Source: Alphaproteobacteria bacterium (lineage in GTDB: Bacteria; Pseudomonadota; Alphaproteobacteria; UBA8317). Taken from it: DNA of 64,000 bases. Made by a program: the position numbers and the translations under genes. Below are positions 31,772 through 42,290 of the stretch, piece by piece (position 1 is the first letter of the stretch; the number at the start of each line of letters is the position of its first letter). Below the pieces are notes generated by a model. That model worked only from the letters and a program-made list of their open reading frames with translations, was not told the origin of the DNA and ran no database searches. The stretch spans positions 35,545 to 99,544 of the forward strand of contig JAYPQH010000001.1 of the NCBI GenBank assembly GCA_038131935.1, in the 5' to 3' direction.

Positions 31772-32671
31772 ATGACAATTAAATTGGTGGATGCCCATTT
31801 TCATTTTTGGGACCTTTCCATGAACAAGCATCCTTGGCTATGTGGTGAAGATGAGCCACATTTTTTCTTAGGGGCTTATGACGCCCTCAAAAAAAATTTC
31901 CTGCCCAGTGATTACCAAGAGATATCCCAGAAGTTTGAGATCACCAAACTCATCCACTGCGAAGCAGAATGGGACCGTCAAGATCAAGTTGGGGAAACAA
32001 ATTGGCTTGGAGAACTCTACCAACAAACAGGTTGGCCAAATGCCCTGGTTGCACATGCCTGGCTTGATGACCCAAGACTTGAAGAAATTCTTGAGCAGCA
32101 TTGCCAATCTTCATTGATGCGCGGTATCCGATCAAAACCTGTGACAAGCCTCACACCTATGGATTCCAAACCGCAAGGCAAACGTTCCTTACAAGATCCC
32201 GCTTGGCAGCACGGTTATGGACTTCTCGCAAAATTTGGTCTTCGGTATGATCTTCGGGTACCATGCTGGCACTTAGCAGAAGCAAAGCCAATTTTGTCAA
32301 AACATGATGATATTCCTGTGGTGGTAAACCATCTTGGGTTTCCTTGGGACCGCAGCGAAGAAGGGTTAAACCTATGGCGAACAAACATGCGCGAAATTGC
32401 TCAACTTCCCTTTGTTCATTTAAAAATATCAGAACTTGGGCTTAAGGACCAACCATGGCGTCTCGAAGATAATCGACGGGTCATTCTTGAAGCGCTCGAT
32501 ATTTTCGGCGTGGAAAGATGTATGTGGGCATCGAATTATCCTGTGGCTGGGTTACGCATTGGCTACCAAGACCAAGTTGAGAAAATAAAAACAATTCTCA
32601 ACATATGCACAGATGAAGAACGGCACGCGATATTTCATGATAATGCCATCAAATTTTATGACCCATTATGA
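31772..32671 (+). CDS. Amidohydrolase_2 (sugar-lactonase-like subgroup)
   Basis: DAHFHFWDL, RGIR, NHLG, KIS, RCMWASNYPV. Confidence 0.87.
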   Translation: MTIKLVDAHFHFWDLSMNKHPWLCGEDEPHFFLGAYDALKKNFLPSDYQEISQKFEITKLIHCEAEWDRQDQVGETNWLGELYQQTGWPNALVAHAWLDDPRLEEILEQHCQSSLMRGIRSKPVTSLTPMDSKPQGKRSLQDPAWQHGYGLLAKFGLRYDLRVPCWHLAEAKPILSKHDDIPVVVNHLGFPWDRSEEGLNLWRTNMREIAQLPFVHLKISELGLKDQPWRLEDNRRVILEALDIFGVERCMWASNYPVAGLRIGYQDQVEKIKTILNICTDEERHAIFHDNAIKFYDPL

Positions 32672-33454
32672 TGTTTGCCAACGAGGCTTCCGTTTTTCTG
32701 TAAATGCTGCGATACCTTCTTGCGCCTCGTCTAAAACGGCCATGTTGCAAAAATCTTCCACAGCAACAGCCACACCTCTTCTGTAATCAAAATCATTCAC
32801 ACGATGAAATGCTTGACGTGCCTGCTTCATAGCCTTTGGTGCACGTTGCGCAAATCCATAAGCAATATCTAGGGTGCGTTGTTCCAACTGATCATGGTCT
32901 GTCACTTCAGCGATCAAACCAATATCCAGCGCTTCAGCTGAAGAAAATGTCCGCCCTGTGAACAACAAATCAAATGCGCGATACCGACCAACAATACGAG
33001 GTAAATGTAAAAAGTGAATTGCTGGAGGAACGGCAAGGTCAAGCTCGGGATACCCAAAACTTGCTTTGTCGGAGGCAACAATCATGTCACAGGAAATGGC
33101 CAGTGTCATTCCTCCACCTCGTGCCGCACCATTGATGGAAGCTATGCTGGGTTTTCCTAATTGATATTGTGCATCCCATAATTCGATATACAGTTTTTCA
33201 AGGAATCGCCTAATTTGTTCCATTGGTTGGCCCAACAAGATATCTAAGTCTAAACCTGCACAAAACATCCCAGGTATTCGGCTTCTGATGACAACAGCAC
33301 GAACATTGTCATCATGACGTGCCTGGGCCAAAGCCTGTAAAATATCATCCAAAAATTCCAAGCTAAATGCATTAACCGGTGGGCGCTGCAAGATTATGTG
33401 CGCAACATGCTGTTCCACTTCATACACAACATATTCAACCTGATTTGCACTCAT
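32666..33454 (-). CDS. Enoyl-CoA hydratase/isomerase family
   Basis: RPPVNA, FCAGLDL, GGG.T, YPE, EKRKPRW. Confidence 0.9.
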   Translation of the reverse strand: MSANQVEYVVYEVEQHVAHIILQRPPVNAFSLEFLDDILQALAQARHDDNVRAVVIRSRIPGMFCAGLDLDILLGQPMEQIRRFLEKLYIELWDAQYQLGKPSIASINGAARGGGMTLAISCDMIVASDKASFGYPELDLAVPPAIHFLHLPRIVGRYRAFDLLFTGRTFSSAEALDIGLIAEVTDHDQLEQRTLDIAYGFAQRAPKAMKQARQAFHRVNDFDYRRGVAVAVEDFCNMAVLDEAQEGIAAFTEKRKPRWQTS

Positions 33455-33658
33455 TTTTCCCTCAAATTTATCTAACTGTTTATACGTTGTTATGCTTGAT
33501 GATAAGAAATCACTTGGCAACCCCTGAGGCTATGACAGCATAGCACTTGATTGCTGAGAGTATTGTTAAACCTTGATCCGTAGAACTTTAAGGATCATGC
33601 TCACCAACATCAACATGATATCACCGTGCCATTTATTACCATGTGAGGAACTCCATCC

Positions 33659-34471
33659 ATGTCTTATGAAAACATAACCCTGGAGCAGCATGACAACATT
33701 GCCATTCTCACCTTGAACAGACCCCATCGGCTCAACGCCATAAGTCAAACCATGCTCGAAGAAATCAAAGAGGCCCTGGATCATGTTCGACATAATGACT
33801 CATGTCATGTTTTGATTGTCACAGGTGCGGGAAAAGCCTTTTCTTCTGGATTTGATCTTCAAGATCAAGCGGCCAACACGCCCAAAGGGCATGAAGCCTG
33901 GAAACCAGTTCTTCAAAAAGATTTTGACGGTGTCATGGGTTTTTGGAATATCCCAAAGCCTACCATTGCAGCGGTAAATGGGCATGCCCTTGCAGGTGGC
34001 TGTGAGATGGCTATGGCATGCGACATAACGATTGCTGCACGATCTGCAATATTCGGAGAACCTGAAGTCAAATTTGGTGCAGGTATCGTGGTTATGCTTC
34101 TGCCATGGCTGGTTGGACCCAAAAAAGCAAAAGAAATTGCCTTTTTGGGAGAAGACGGCATCACAGCAGATCAAGCCTTGGAATATGGTATGATCAATCA
34201 AGTTGTAGATGATGAGAAACTTCAGCAAACAGCTTTGAAGATGGCTCAGAAAATTGCTCTTGTTGATCCTATGGTGATGCAAAAAACAAAACAGCAAATC
34301 AACGAAAGTATGCAACTGGCAGGTATGGAACATGCCTTACATCGTGCATTGGAAATTGATGGAGATCTTGAGGGAATAGGAAGTCAAGACAAAGCAATTT
34401 TTCTAGATATATTGCGCAAAGAAGGCTTAAAGGCTGCGCTGGTATGGCGTGACACGAGATTTACCCAATGA
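33659..34471 (+). CDS. Enoyl-CoA hydratase/isomerase family
   Basis: LNRPHRLNA, FSSGFDL, AGGCE, EPE. Confidence 0.9.
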   Translation: MSYENITLEQHDNIAILTLNRPHRLNAISQTMLEEIKEALDHVRHNDSCHVLIVTGAGKAFSSGFDLQDQAANTPKGHEAWKPVLQKDFDGVMGFWNIPKPTIAAVNGHALAGGCEMAMACDITIAARSAIFGEPEVKFGAGIVVMLLPWLVGPKKAKEIAFLGEDGITADQALEYGMINQVVDDEKLQQTALKMAQKIALVDPMVMQKTKQQINESMQLAGMEHALHRALEIDGDLEGIGSQDKAIFLDILRKEGLKAALVWRDTRFTQ

Positions 34472-35894
34472 CTGGTTCATGTCCAGATTTACCCTCCGCG
34501 GACGATTTTATAACCTGCATTTCATCTCAGGACCAAGGTTTGATCCATGATGATATAGCCCCCATGTCGCTCACAGACTGTATGAGCATGGTTGGTGATA
34601 TAAAAGCCGAACTTCGCAAACAAAATGTCAGGCCGCACGAACCAGTTTTGATCTCCGTCAACAACCGCGCGGAAGATATTGCAGCTATTCTGGCGATCAT
34701 TGATTACGGGGCGATTGCTGTACCTGTCCATGAAAAGGCACACCAAAGAACATGGCAGCATATCGCTCAATGCACGGGAAGCCGCTACAAGTTTTCTCAT
34801 ACGAAGCCAAATGCACGCAACATACCAAAACTAGAGCATCAAGCGACCAAGTTCCCTACCCAAACCGACCCACAGCTTGCCAATACCGCAATAATTACGT
34901 TCACATCAGGCTCCACGGGTCAGCCCAAGGGTGTGATGTTAAACCGTGGGCGTATGTCTGCAAAATTTCAAACCATCGCAACCCATATTAACCTAAAGAA
35001 ACATCCTATATGCATCATGCCCCTGCAATTGATATTTAGCTTTGGACAATGGGCAACGTTGTTACCGTTAATGTATGGCGGTACTGTCTATATTGGATCA
35101 AAATTTGATCCACAGAGAACATTTGGTTACTTAGCAGAACATCCCTCAGCCTACCTTGCAGCTGTACCAAGCATGCTCCGCATGATGCTTGATCAAGGGC
35201 CTATTCATAAACCTTTCACGATTTTAACTGGCGGTGAAGCCGTAAGCGCAACCTTACGCCAGCAACTTTTCACACAATGGCCCTTGATGGATATGTTCAG
35301 CATTTATGGTCTAACCGAAACAGGAACTTGTGATTTGTTTCGCCATGATAAAGCTGGTGAGGCATCACCTCAAAGCCTTGGTTATCCAGCGAAATACATA
35401 GAGGTACATATTGAACCTAAAAGCCATGAGATGGCCATCAAAACGCCGTTTGGTATGCTGGGATATGTGGGAGAACCTCAAAAAACCAGAGAAACAATTG
35501 TTCAGAATTGGATCATGACAGGTGATGCAGCACATTTTGATGATAAAGGTGCCGTGGTTCTTGAAGGAAGATTGAAAGAGTTAATCAACCGCGGAGGTAT
35601 GAAAATATCTCCACTTGAAATAGAAAACATATTCCGCGGACATCCCGACATAGCTGATATTTTGGTAACATCTGTGCCTGATACGGTACTTGGTGAAGCC
35701 ATCCACATGCTGGTCATATCCAAAATGGGTAAAAATCTTGACGCGCAAAGTTTAAAACGATGGGGAGAGACGCAAATGGAGCGTTTCAAGGTTCCTGACT
35801 CCATACATTTTGGGGAAGAATTGCCCTTGGGTCGACAGGTAAAGCTGACCGTAATCTTTTTCGTCAACACATAACCAAAGCCCAAAAAACGTGA
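34468..35894 (+). CDS. AMP-dependent acyl-CoA ligase; frameshift near 35830 hides the true C-terminus
   Basis: FTSGSTGQPKG, YGLTE, TGD, GRLKELINRGG; adding one G restores LGSTGKADR with a stop overlapping the next GTG. Confidence 0.88.
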
Positions 35895-37071
35895 AGATAT
35901 CTCTTAGCATTCTGGTACTGGCAGAAATCTTGGCCATGTCCTTATGGTTTGTGGCTTCTGCCATTATCCCTGAATTTCGTGCACAAGCCACGCTGACAGC
36001 TTTTCAAGAAGGCATGTTATCGTCATCTGTTCAATTAGGGTTTGTTGTTGGTGCGCTTAGCTTAGCGATGCACGGCACTGCTGACCGCTACGACCCCCGT
36101 TATGTTTTTGCTCTTGGGGCTCTGCTTGCAGCGATTGCCAATGCAATCCTTATCATCAGCCCTATAGGTAGCGCTGTACAAATTTTTTTACGTTTTTTCA
36201 CAGGCGTATGTATGGCAAGTATTTACCCTGTAGGCATGAAAATTGCCGTTGGTTGGACAGAAAAACAGCGTGGCTTGGTTGTGGGAATTCTTGTGGGCGC
36301 CCTCACATTAGGTTCTGCACTCCCACATGGCATAACACTCATTGGAGGCATGGCTTGGGAGCATGTTGTCTTAATTGCTAGCGGTTGTGCCCTCCTATCA
36401 TCAGGTCTCATATTGATGGTGAGGTTAGGTCCTTATCATGAAAAAGCACAAAAATTTCATGTTGGTTTTCTCGCCCTAGCATGGCGGCAGATGGATATCA
36501 GACTCGCCTACATTGGGTACCTAGGACATATGTGGGAACTATACGCGTTTTGGGCATGGATTGGTTTGGCTATGACAACAGCCCTTAATTATGCCTTTCT
36601 CCCACATGCTGAGGATCTTGCCCGTTTTTTCACATTCCTCGCCATTGCGCTTGGGGCAATCAGTTGTATTTTGGCAGGTTTTCTTGCTGACAAATGGGGC
36701 AAAGAGGTTGTGGCAGGTTGGTCATTGCTGCTTAGCGGGACATTTGCTCTCATAACCGCCATTACCTTTGCAAGCATGCCCTTACTCAGCGTATTTTTGC
36801 TGTGATATGGGGTGTTTTTGTCATACCAGACAGCGCACAATTTTCGGCTTTAGTCGCTGACGCAGCGCCCAGACAAGCCACAGGCAGTTTGCTTACGTTG
36901 CAAACTGCGCTCGGGTTTCTACTCACCAGCTTTACCGTGCAAGTAACACCCATGTTCGCTGATTTATGGGGATGGCCAGCCGTTCTTTCATTGCTTGCTT
37001 TGGGGCCCATGATAGGCGTGTGGGCCATGCATAAACTACATTTAAGGCATAAACAGCAAATGACCCATTAG
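35891..37071 (+). CDS. MFS transporter; frameshift in T run near 36797
   Basis: IYPVGMK, GYLGHMWELYAFWAW, DSAQFSALV, LQTALGF. Confidence 0.85.
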
Positions 37072-37367
37072 AGTAAGATATTTGAACGCAACACCCAGGC
37101 AATCATCACCCCAACGAACATGGTAAGTAGGAGATTCTTTGTCCAAAAAGCAGTTAACATGGCTGCAAATGCAGCCCACCATTCAATAGGGTCAGCGACC
37201 AACAACAGAACCGTAAGAAGGGAGGATATTAAACAACCGGGTAATGCTCGCAACATACGTGCGATCAATCCTTTTGAAGGTATTCTTGAGGCCAAAAAAT
37301 AACCCCCAGCACGGATCATGAATGTACCCAAGGCCAATGTAATAATGATGATCACAAGGTCATTCAT
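37068..37367 (-). CDS. azlD: AzlD-family export subunit
   Basis: Small hydrophobic protein, TFMIR, ALP, TKNLL; coupled to AzlC. Confidence 0.8.
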   Translation of the reverse strand: MNDLVIIIITLALGTFMIRAGGYFLASRIPSKGLIARMLRALPGCLISSLLTVLLLVADPIEWWAAFAAMLTAFWTKNLLLTMFVGVMIAWVLRSNILL

Positions 37368-38049
37368 GATGGCGAAAGCCTGCCATCAAAGCACCGATCA
37401 CAGCTCCTATGATCAACGCCCAGGATGGGTCCATGATACCGCATAAAATAGTGATTGCTGTGCAAGACGCCGACAGAATCCATGGTAATAGATCCGTTTG
37501 AGGGGACCACATATTGCGCAAAATAAAGATAAAAGCGGCTGTGAACGCAAAGTCTAGGCCCAAAGCACGCACTGAAGGCATGATCTGAACCAACATAACA
37601 CCCATCAATGTGGCCAAAACCCATGCCAAGAAGATACATAGGCCACTACCCAAGAAATAGTCATACCCCACATTCTTACCTATGGCTCTTTTGGCATGCC
37701 ATAATGCCCAATTCTCGTCGGCGGTGAGATGGAGCCCTAGCAAGATTTTCCAGATAGGCTTGCCTTTAAAAATAGACTGCATAGATGCTGTCATCAGGAA
37801 AATCCTTAGATTTAGCGACAAACCGGCCAAAATTGCGGCCCAAGCGCCTGCACCCCCAACAAAACGCTCAACAGCGATGAGTTGCGATGAACCTGCGAAA
37901 ACAAAAGCCCCCATAAAGCCGGTCTGTAATTCAGTCATTCCAGCCTGCGCTGCAAAGATACCAAATGCAAAGCCATAAGCAGCCACACCGAGTGCAAGCG
38001 GCAATGTGTCAAAAATTCCTTCGCTCAGTTCTTGCGACAATCGCATCAC
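37360..38049 (-). CDS. azlC: AzlC-family export permease
   Basis: YGFAFG, FAGSSQ, NLR, ADENWA, GLDFA. Confidence 0.85.
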   Translation of the reverse strand: MMRLSQELSEGIFDTLPLALGVAAYGFAFGIFAAQAGMTELQTGFMGAFVFAGSSQLIAVERFVGGAGAWAAILAGLSLNLRIFLMTASMQSIFKGKPIWKILLGLHLTADENWALWHAKRAIGKNVGYDYFLGSGLCIFLAWVLATLMGVMLVQIMPSVRALGLDFAFTAAFIFILRNMWSPQTDLLPWILSASCTAITILCGIMDPSWALIIGAVIGALMAGFRHHE

Positions 38050-38098
38050 CTATGGCTGCCTTTCATCATAAGGGCCAAGCAATAACGGCATCCATCAT

Positions 38099-39354
38099 TC
38101 AATGAAATTTAGCTGCTGGCCACCGCGATTTGCCGTCGAGTCCCTGATAGGCAACATTTAAAAAATCAAGAATAGTAGGAGCAATATCGGTCAATGTTGT
38201 TTTGGCATCAATATTTTTAGATGGCAAATGGGGATGTTCTAAGACAAGGTAAGGAGCCATTTCCTCATCACCCCATCCCCCATGTTGGCCACAGCCAATA
38301 TGTTCAAAAGCATCATTCTCAAAAGCAGCATAACGTTTTTTGTACCCATGGTCATGGACATAACCAGACATATTTACTGCGGCCAGCAGGGCGTCATCAC
38401 GTAGGCCGATATCCTGCAGTTGTTCCACTGTTTTGATCTCATCCACCCAAGCTTGACGTTCCAAATGGGCAACCAACTGTGCTCGTCTCGCCTCACTCAT
38501 ATTTTGTGCATAAATGGTAAAAGATAAGCCTTGGGTTGCAAATGCTAACGCACCAGAGCGCAATTCAGGCCCAAACCCTGCTTCCTCTGCCCATTTGTTA
38601 ATGTTTATACCCTGTCCAACGCTCTCATGGCCGTGATCAGAACCTGTAAGAAAGAGAATATCCATTCCCTGCCGTCGTAAATCCCGCACCACAGCATGAA
38701 CATAACGGATAATTTCGTCAGCAGATTTCAATGCTTCGATATGGGTAACCGAACCAAGTGGATTGGTGTGCAGGGTTTTATCTGGATTTGCCAACCATAG
38801 AAAGTGAACAGATTCAGAACCTGTTTTGCGTAAATGATCTACAAATTTTCGTGCCATCCACCAATCACCAGAAATATCGTCACCTTTCAAAGGTTCAGTT
38901 AACGGCACGCCACCAGGCCCAAAACTACCCGCGCGATGATGAATATATCCAAAATGGTCAGGATCTAGCGCATAGGCCGCACCTGCAGAAACATTCGAAA
39001 AAGCTCGAAAACCACCAAAATCCTTCAACCGCTCTGCAAGTGTTGGCAATCTTAATGCGGTTCCAGATCGAAGTGACCTCCATTGGGGGAAAAAATTGGG
39101 ATCACCTACATCAAAGACCTCAAGAGCACCTTCCTTTTGCAAGACCAGACGGTTGCCCGTCAGACCGTGGGCTCCTGGAAAGGCACCCGTCGCCACAGTT
39201 GCGGCCGACGGACGTGGCGCGGATGGATATACGGCATGATATTGGGAAAATACTGCCCTTCTATCAGGAGTCTCCACAAAAATGGCATACTACTCTTTTT
39301 GATCCAAGATCGACCCAAGCCATCGCAGTGAACATAGACAACCTTTTTCATCAT
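38099..39354 (-). CDS. Alkaline phosphatase superfamily (NPP-like) enzyme; frameshift near 39257
   Basis: HCDGL, TGAFPGAHG, NPDKTLH, SDHG, GQHG, DIAPTIL, LDG. Confidence 0.8.
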
Positions 39355-39404
39355 CCCTCCTAAAGCCGCACCTCATCAAACCTATATGCTCACGGATTGG
39401 AGAG

Positions 39405-39878
39405 CTAGGCTTTGTAACGAAGGCTCGTAATCAACAAGGATATTAGCACACTAACTTGTAAAACTTGCCTGGAAAAGAATGTATCAAGCGTGTTTGTATC
39501 AAAAAGAAGGGTATGGAGCACCCAAAAATCAAATGTGGCGTTGGCCATATAAACCAACATCATTACTGATACGGTTTGAAAACCAAAACCCAAAAAAAAA
39601 GTGATCAAGTAAGCCACAAGGAGAAGAACATGAAAAACCCTTCGCCCTTCGATCATTTGCACAAATACCGATGTTGTTTCCGTTGTGGTCATATATTCAA
39701 AAGATGTGGGAGCGAAATCCCGCATCAACACAAATTGGGCCAAAAAATAAACCACAACGGTCCCAAATGCACAAAAGAATAGGATATCCTGTCGATGAAA
39801 AGCTTTGTAATCGAACCCCATACTTTCTAATGCATTAGAGAAGACTTCCACTTCTTCTCTGGTAAGCTTGACCATCAC
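39405..39878 (-). CDS. Hypothetical membrane protein (about 4 TM), paralog of upstream gene
   Basis: Hydrophobic segments; 4-nt overlap with 39875..40315. Confidence 0.7.
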   Translation of the reverse strand: MMVKLTREEVEVFSNALESMGFDYKAFHRQDILFFCAFGTVVVYFLAQFVLMRDFAPTSFEYMTTTETTSVFVQMIEGRRVFHVLLLVAYLITFFLGFGFQTVSVMMLVYMANATFDFWVLHTLLFDTNTLDTFFSRQVLQVSVLISLLITSLRYKA

Positions 39879-40315
39879 ATATCCCTTCGTTTTCCGTATC
39901 GAAGAAAATGTTCAAGAGCCATCCAACTGATGGTAAGCAGAAAAAGAGGCCGCAAAGACAACAAGATAATTGCTGTTGTATTTTCTGGGACCAACAAGTG
40001 AGGTCTTAGTGCAATTTGATCATCCACAAACATAGATATTGTCCAAACAGCCCCCACAAAAGAAACAACCCCAAAGAACCGCCCAGCTCTGAGCGAAGCA
40101 ATATAAATAACGGAAAAAAACAGAATAGCTATAGTACGCCGCCACAACAATTTTTGTGACAACATGTCATATTCAGGGGTTGTGACAACAAATTTAGGTG
40201 CAATCCCACCAATGAATTGGACGGCGAGCACAGCAACAACGTAGGAAATAGAAAACCATAAAGCGAGATAAAAGGGTGTGGAGTATGATTGTTTTGCAAA
40301 TTTGATGAAAGCCAT
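39875..40315 (-). CDS. Hypothetical membrane protein (about 4 TM)
   Basis: Hydrophobic segments; RBS-like AAAGGT. Confidence 0.7.
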   Translation of the reverse strand: MAFIKFAKQSYSTPFYLALWFSISYVVAVLAVQFIGGIAPKFVVTTPEYDMLSQKLLWRRTIAILFFSVIYIASLRAGRFFGVVSFVGAVWTISMFVDDQIALRPHLLVPENTTAIILLSLRPLFLLTISWMALEHFLRYGKRRDM

Positions 40316-40521
40316 ACAACTACCTTTTGTTTATTATGAGTATTTTATTAAGGTTTTCGAAATGACCTAACAGCTCAACTGCAGCAAAGCAATGTAAACA
40401 TATGATTGCTTTTAGCACATATCCCATCCGCATATGAGCAGGCTCACAACAAATTTACGCTTTTGTCTTCTGCAATTGTATATCTCAGTTAAGGATCAAT
40501 AAATTTAGAACAGAATACCCC

Positions 40522-41416
40522 TCACTTGATAACCCCAACACCGCGCAAAGCTTCTTCGACCTGTTGTTTTTGGGTTTGCGTTATAGGGGATGTTGGTTTT
40601 CGGGCTACCCCCGCTGGGACACCCTGAAGTTGCTGAGCATATTTGACAAGAGATGGCATATTATCGACACCTATGGCATCCCAAACCGGCATGAGCTTTT
40701 CATGAAGCTCTCTTGCATGATCCCAATGCTGTTTCTGTACCGCTTGATAAAGTGCGACCTGATGGCCCTGGAACAGCGGTCAAAATGGCAGCAATAGAAC
40801 CACGAGCCCCCAATTGATAAGATGGATACAAAAGAGCATCCACCGCAGAAAATATAAGATTATGAGGCTTTGCACGACGCATGAGATCGGCAAATAATTT
40901 CATATCACCAGCACTTTGCTTCACCCCAGCAACCCCGGGAACTTCATCCATTATTCTTAGAAGTAAATCAGGTGATAAATAACACCAAGGGACGACATTA
41001 TAAATCAGTATGGGCACACCACTGGCTTGGTGAATGTCTCGAAAATGTTGCACCATGGAATCATCATCAGGACGAAACAAATAATGAGGTGGGGTAACTT
41101 GCAAAGCCACAACGCCTTTGTTTTTTACCAGATCACCTCGCGCCGCAACTTCATCTGTAGAATTTGCAATGATACCAGCAACCAAGGGAACCCGCCCAGC
41201 TATCGCCTCATAAGTTGCGGAAATAAGTTCTTCATATTCAGAACGGTCAAGTGCATGACCCTCCCCCGTGCTACCGCCTGCAGCAAGGCCATGAACACCT
41301 TGCTCAATGAGCCAGTCTACTTGTGGTTTAATGGCCGTAAAATCAATATCACCGTTTTCTTTGAACGGCGTTGTGAATGGTGCAACCACACCATAAAGAT
41401 CTTGAATATTTGTCAT
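40522..41416 (-). CDS. DapA/NAL-family aldolase or lyase; two frameshifts near 40760 and 40585
   Basis: GGSTGEG, TPPHY, IYNV, GVKQS; shifted frames continue LYQAVQKQHWDHARELHEKL...VKYAQ to TGA at 40522. Confidence 0.85.
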
Positions 41417-41947
41417 GCACCTACCCCAATAAACTATTTCATTTTATGACGATACCTGATTGGATTAAAATCGCAAGTTCCCTGATCCACGCTCTGTCAT
41501 CCTGGCCACCTTGATGGCTGTAGCACTCTTGGGGATGCTCATGCCCGAGCGAGAGAATGTTTCAAACCGCATGGACGTCTCTGTCATAGACTGAAACGAT
41601 CTTGTTACGTTACCATACAGGTCTTACAAGGCTATCGACACCCTTTAGACAAAGGGGGGGGTTGCCTTACCGCAGGAACAAAACTGGGGTGCGTAGACTT
41701 TATCTATCCCAACATGACCTTCAACACGTACCATTCCGCGTTGACTTGGCCATTATTGGTAACGCCATTGTTTTTTCTTTCGCGTTGCCGACGAATACAA
41801 AAATGTTGTCATTCACCAACTGAAGGTCACGGTCTTTTCAGCGCAGTTGACGATGACTTGCCAACAGCAAAAGTGATATCCGCTTTATTCTCAAGATTTT
41901 TTTAAAATAATACCCAAAAAGACCTTATGTAACCAATGAGAATGACA

Positions 41948-42214
41948 TCAAATGCCAACACCTCTAGGCTTGAGGCCCTCCATAGGCGCGGGTGTTGTTT
42001 CAGGTGACTGCGGAACCGTCGGAGAGCCTTCCTGAGATGGTTGCATCATTACACCACGTCGAGGGGTACATTGCGACCCCAACATTTGTTCAACCAGAGA
42101 TTCTTTACATTTCATGTGAGAGGGGCCTTCAATACCTTGTTGCTGCGCTACTATTCCAGCCACGACCATGGCAACCAGCAGCACACCCAACAATATCATG
42201 CCTCTACTCATCAC
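41948..42214 (-). CDS. Small exported or anchored hypothetical protein with two Cys
   Basis: N-terminal hydrophobic helix, CKES...CTPR, Pro-rich tail, RBS GGAG/AGGT. Confidence 0.55.
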   Translation of the reverse strand: MMSRGMILLGVLLVAMVVAGIVAQQQGIEGPSHMKCKESLVEQMLGSQCTPRRGVMMQPSQEGSPTVPQSPETTPAPMEGLKPRGVGI

Positions 42215-42290
42215 CTATCTCCTATTATGATTAAGTCGAGCTTTATGTGGGTAATGCTCGTCCTATTTTCCAGTTTTTTATCTTAACATA

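Noticed and set aside
17677-41950. Active integrative element at tRNA-Phe
   Set aside because: No integrase, no repeat of the tRNA 3' end found by eye, and composition similar to the core; at most an old island.
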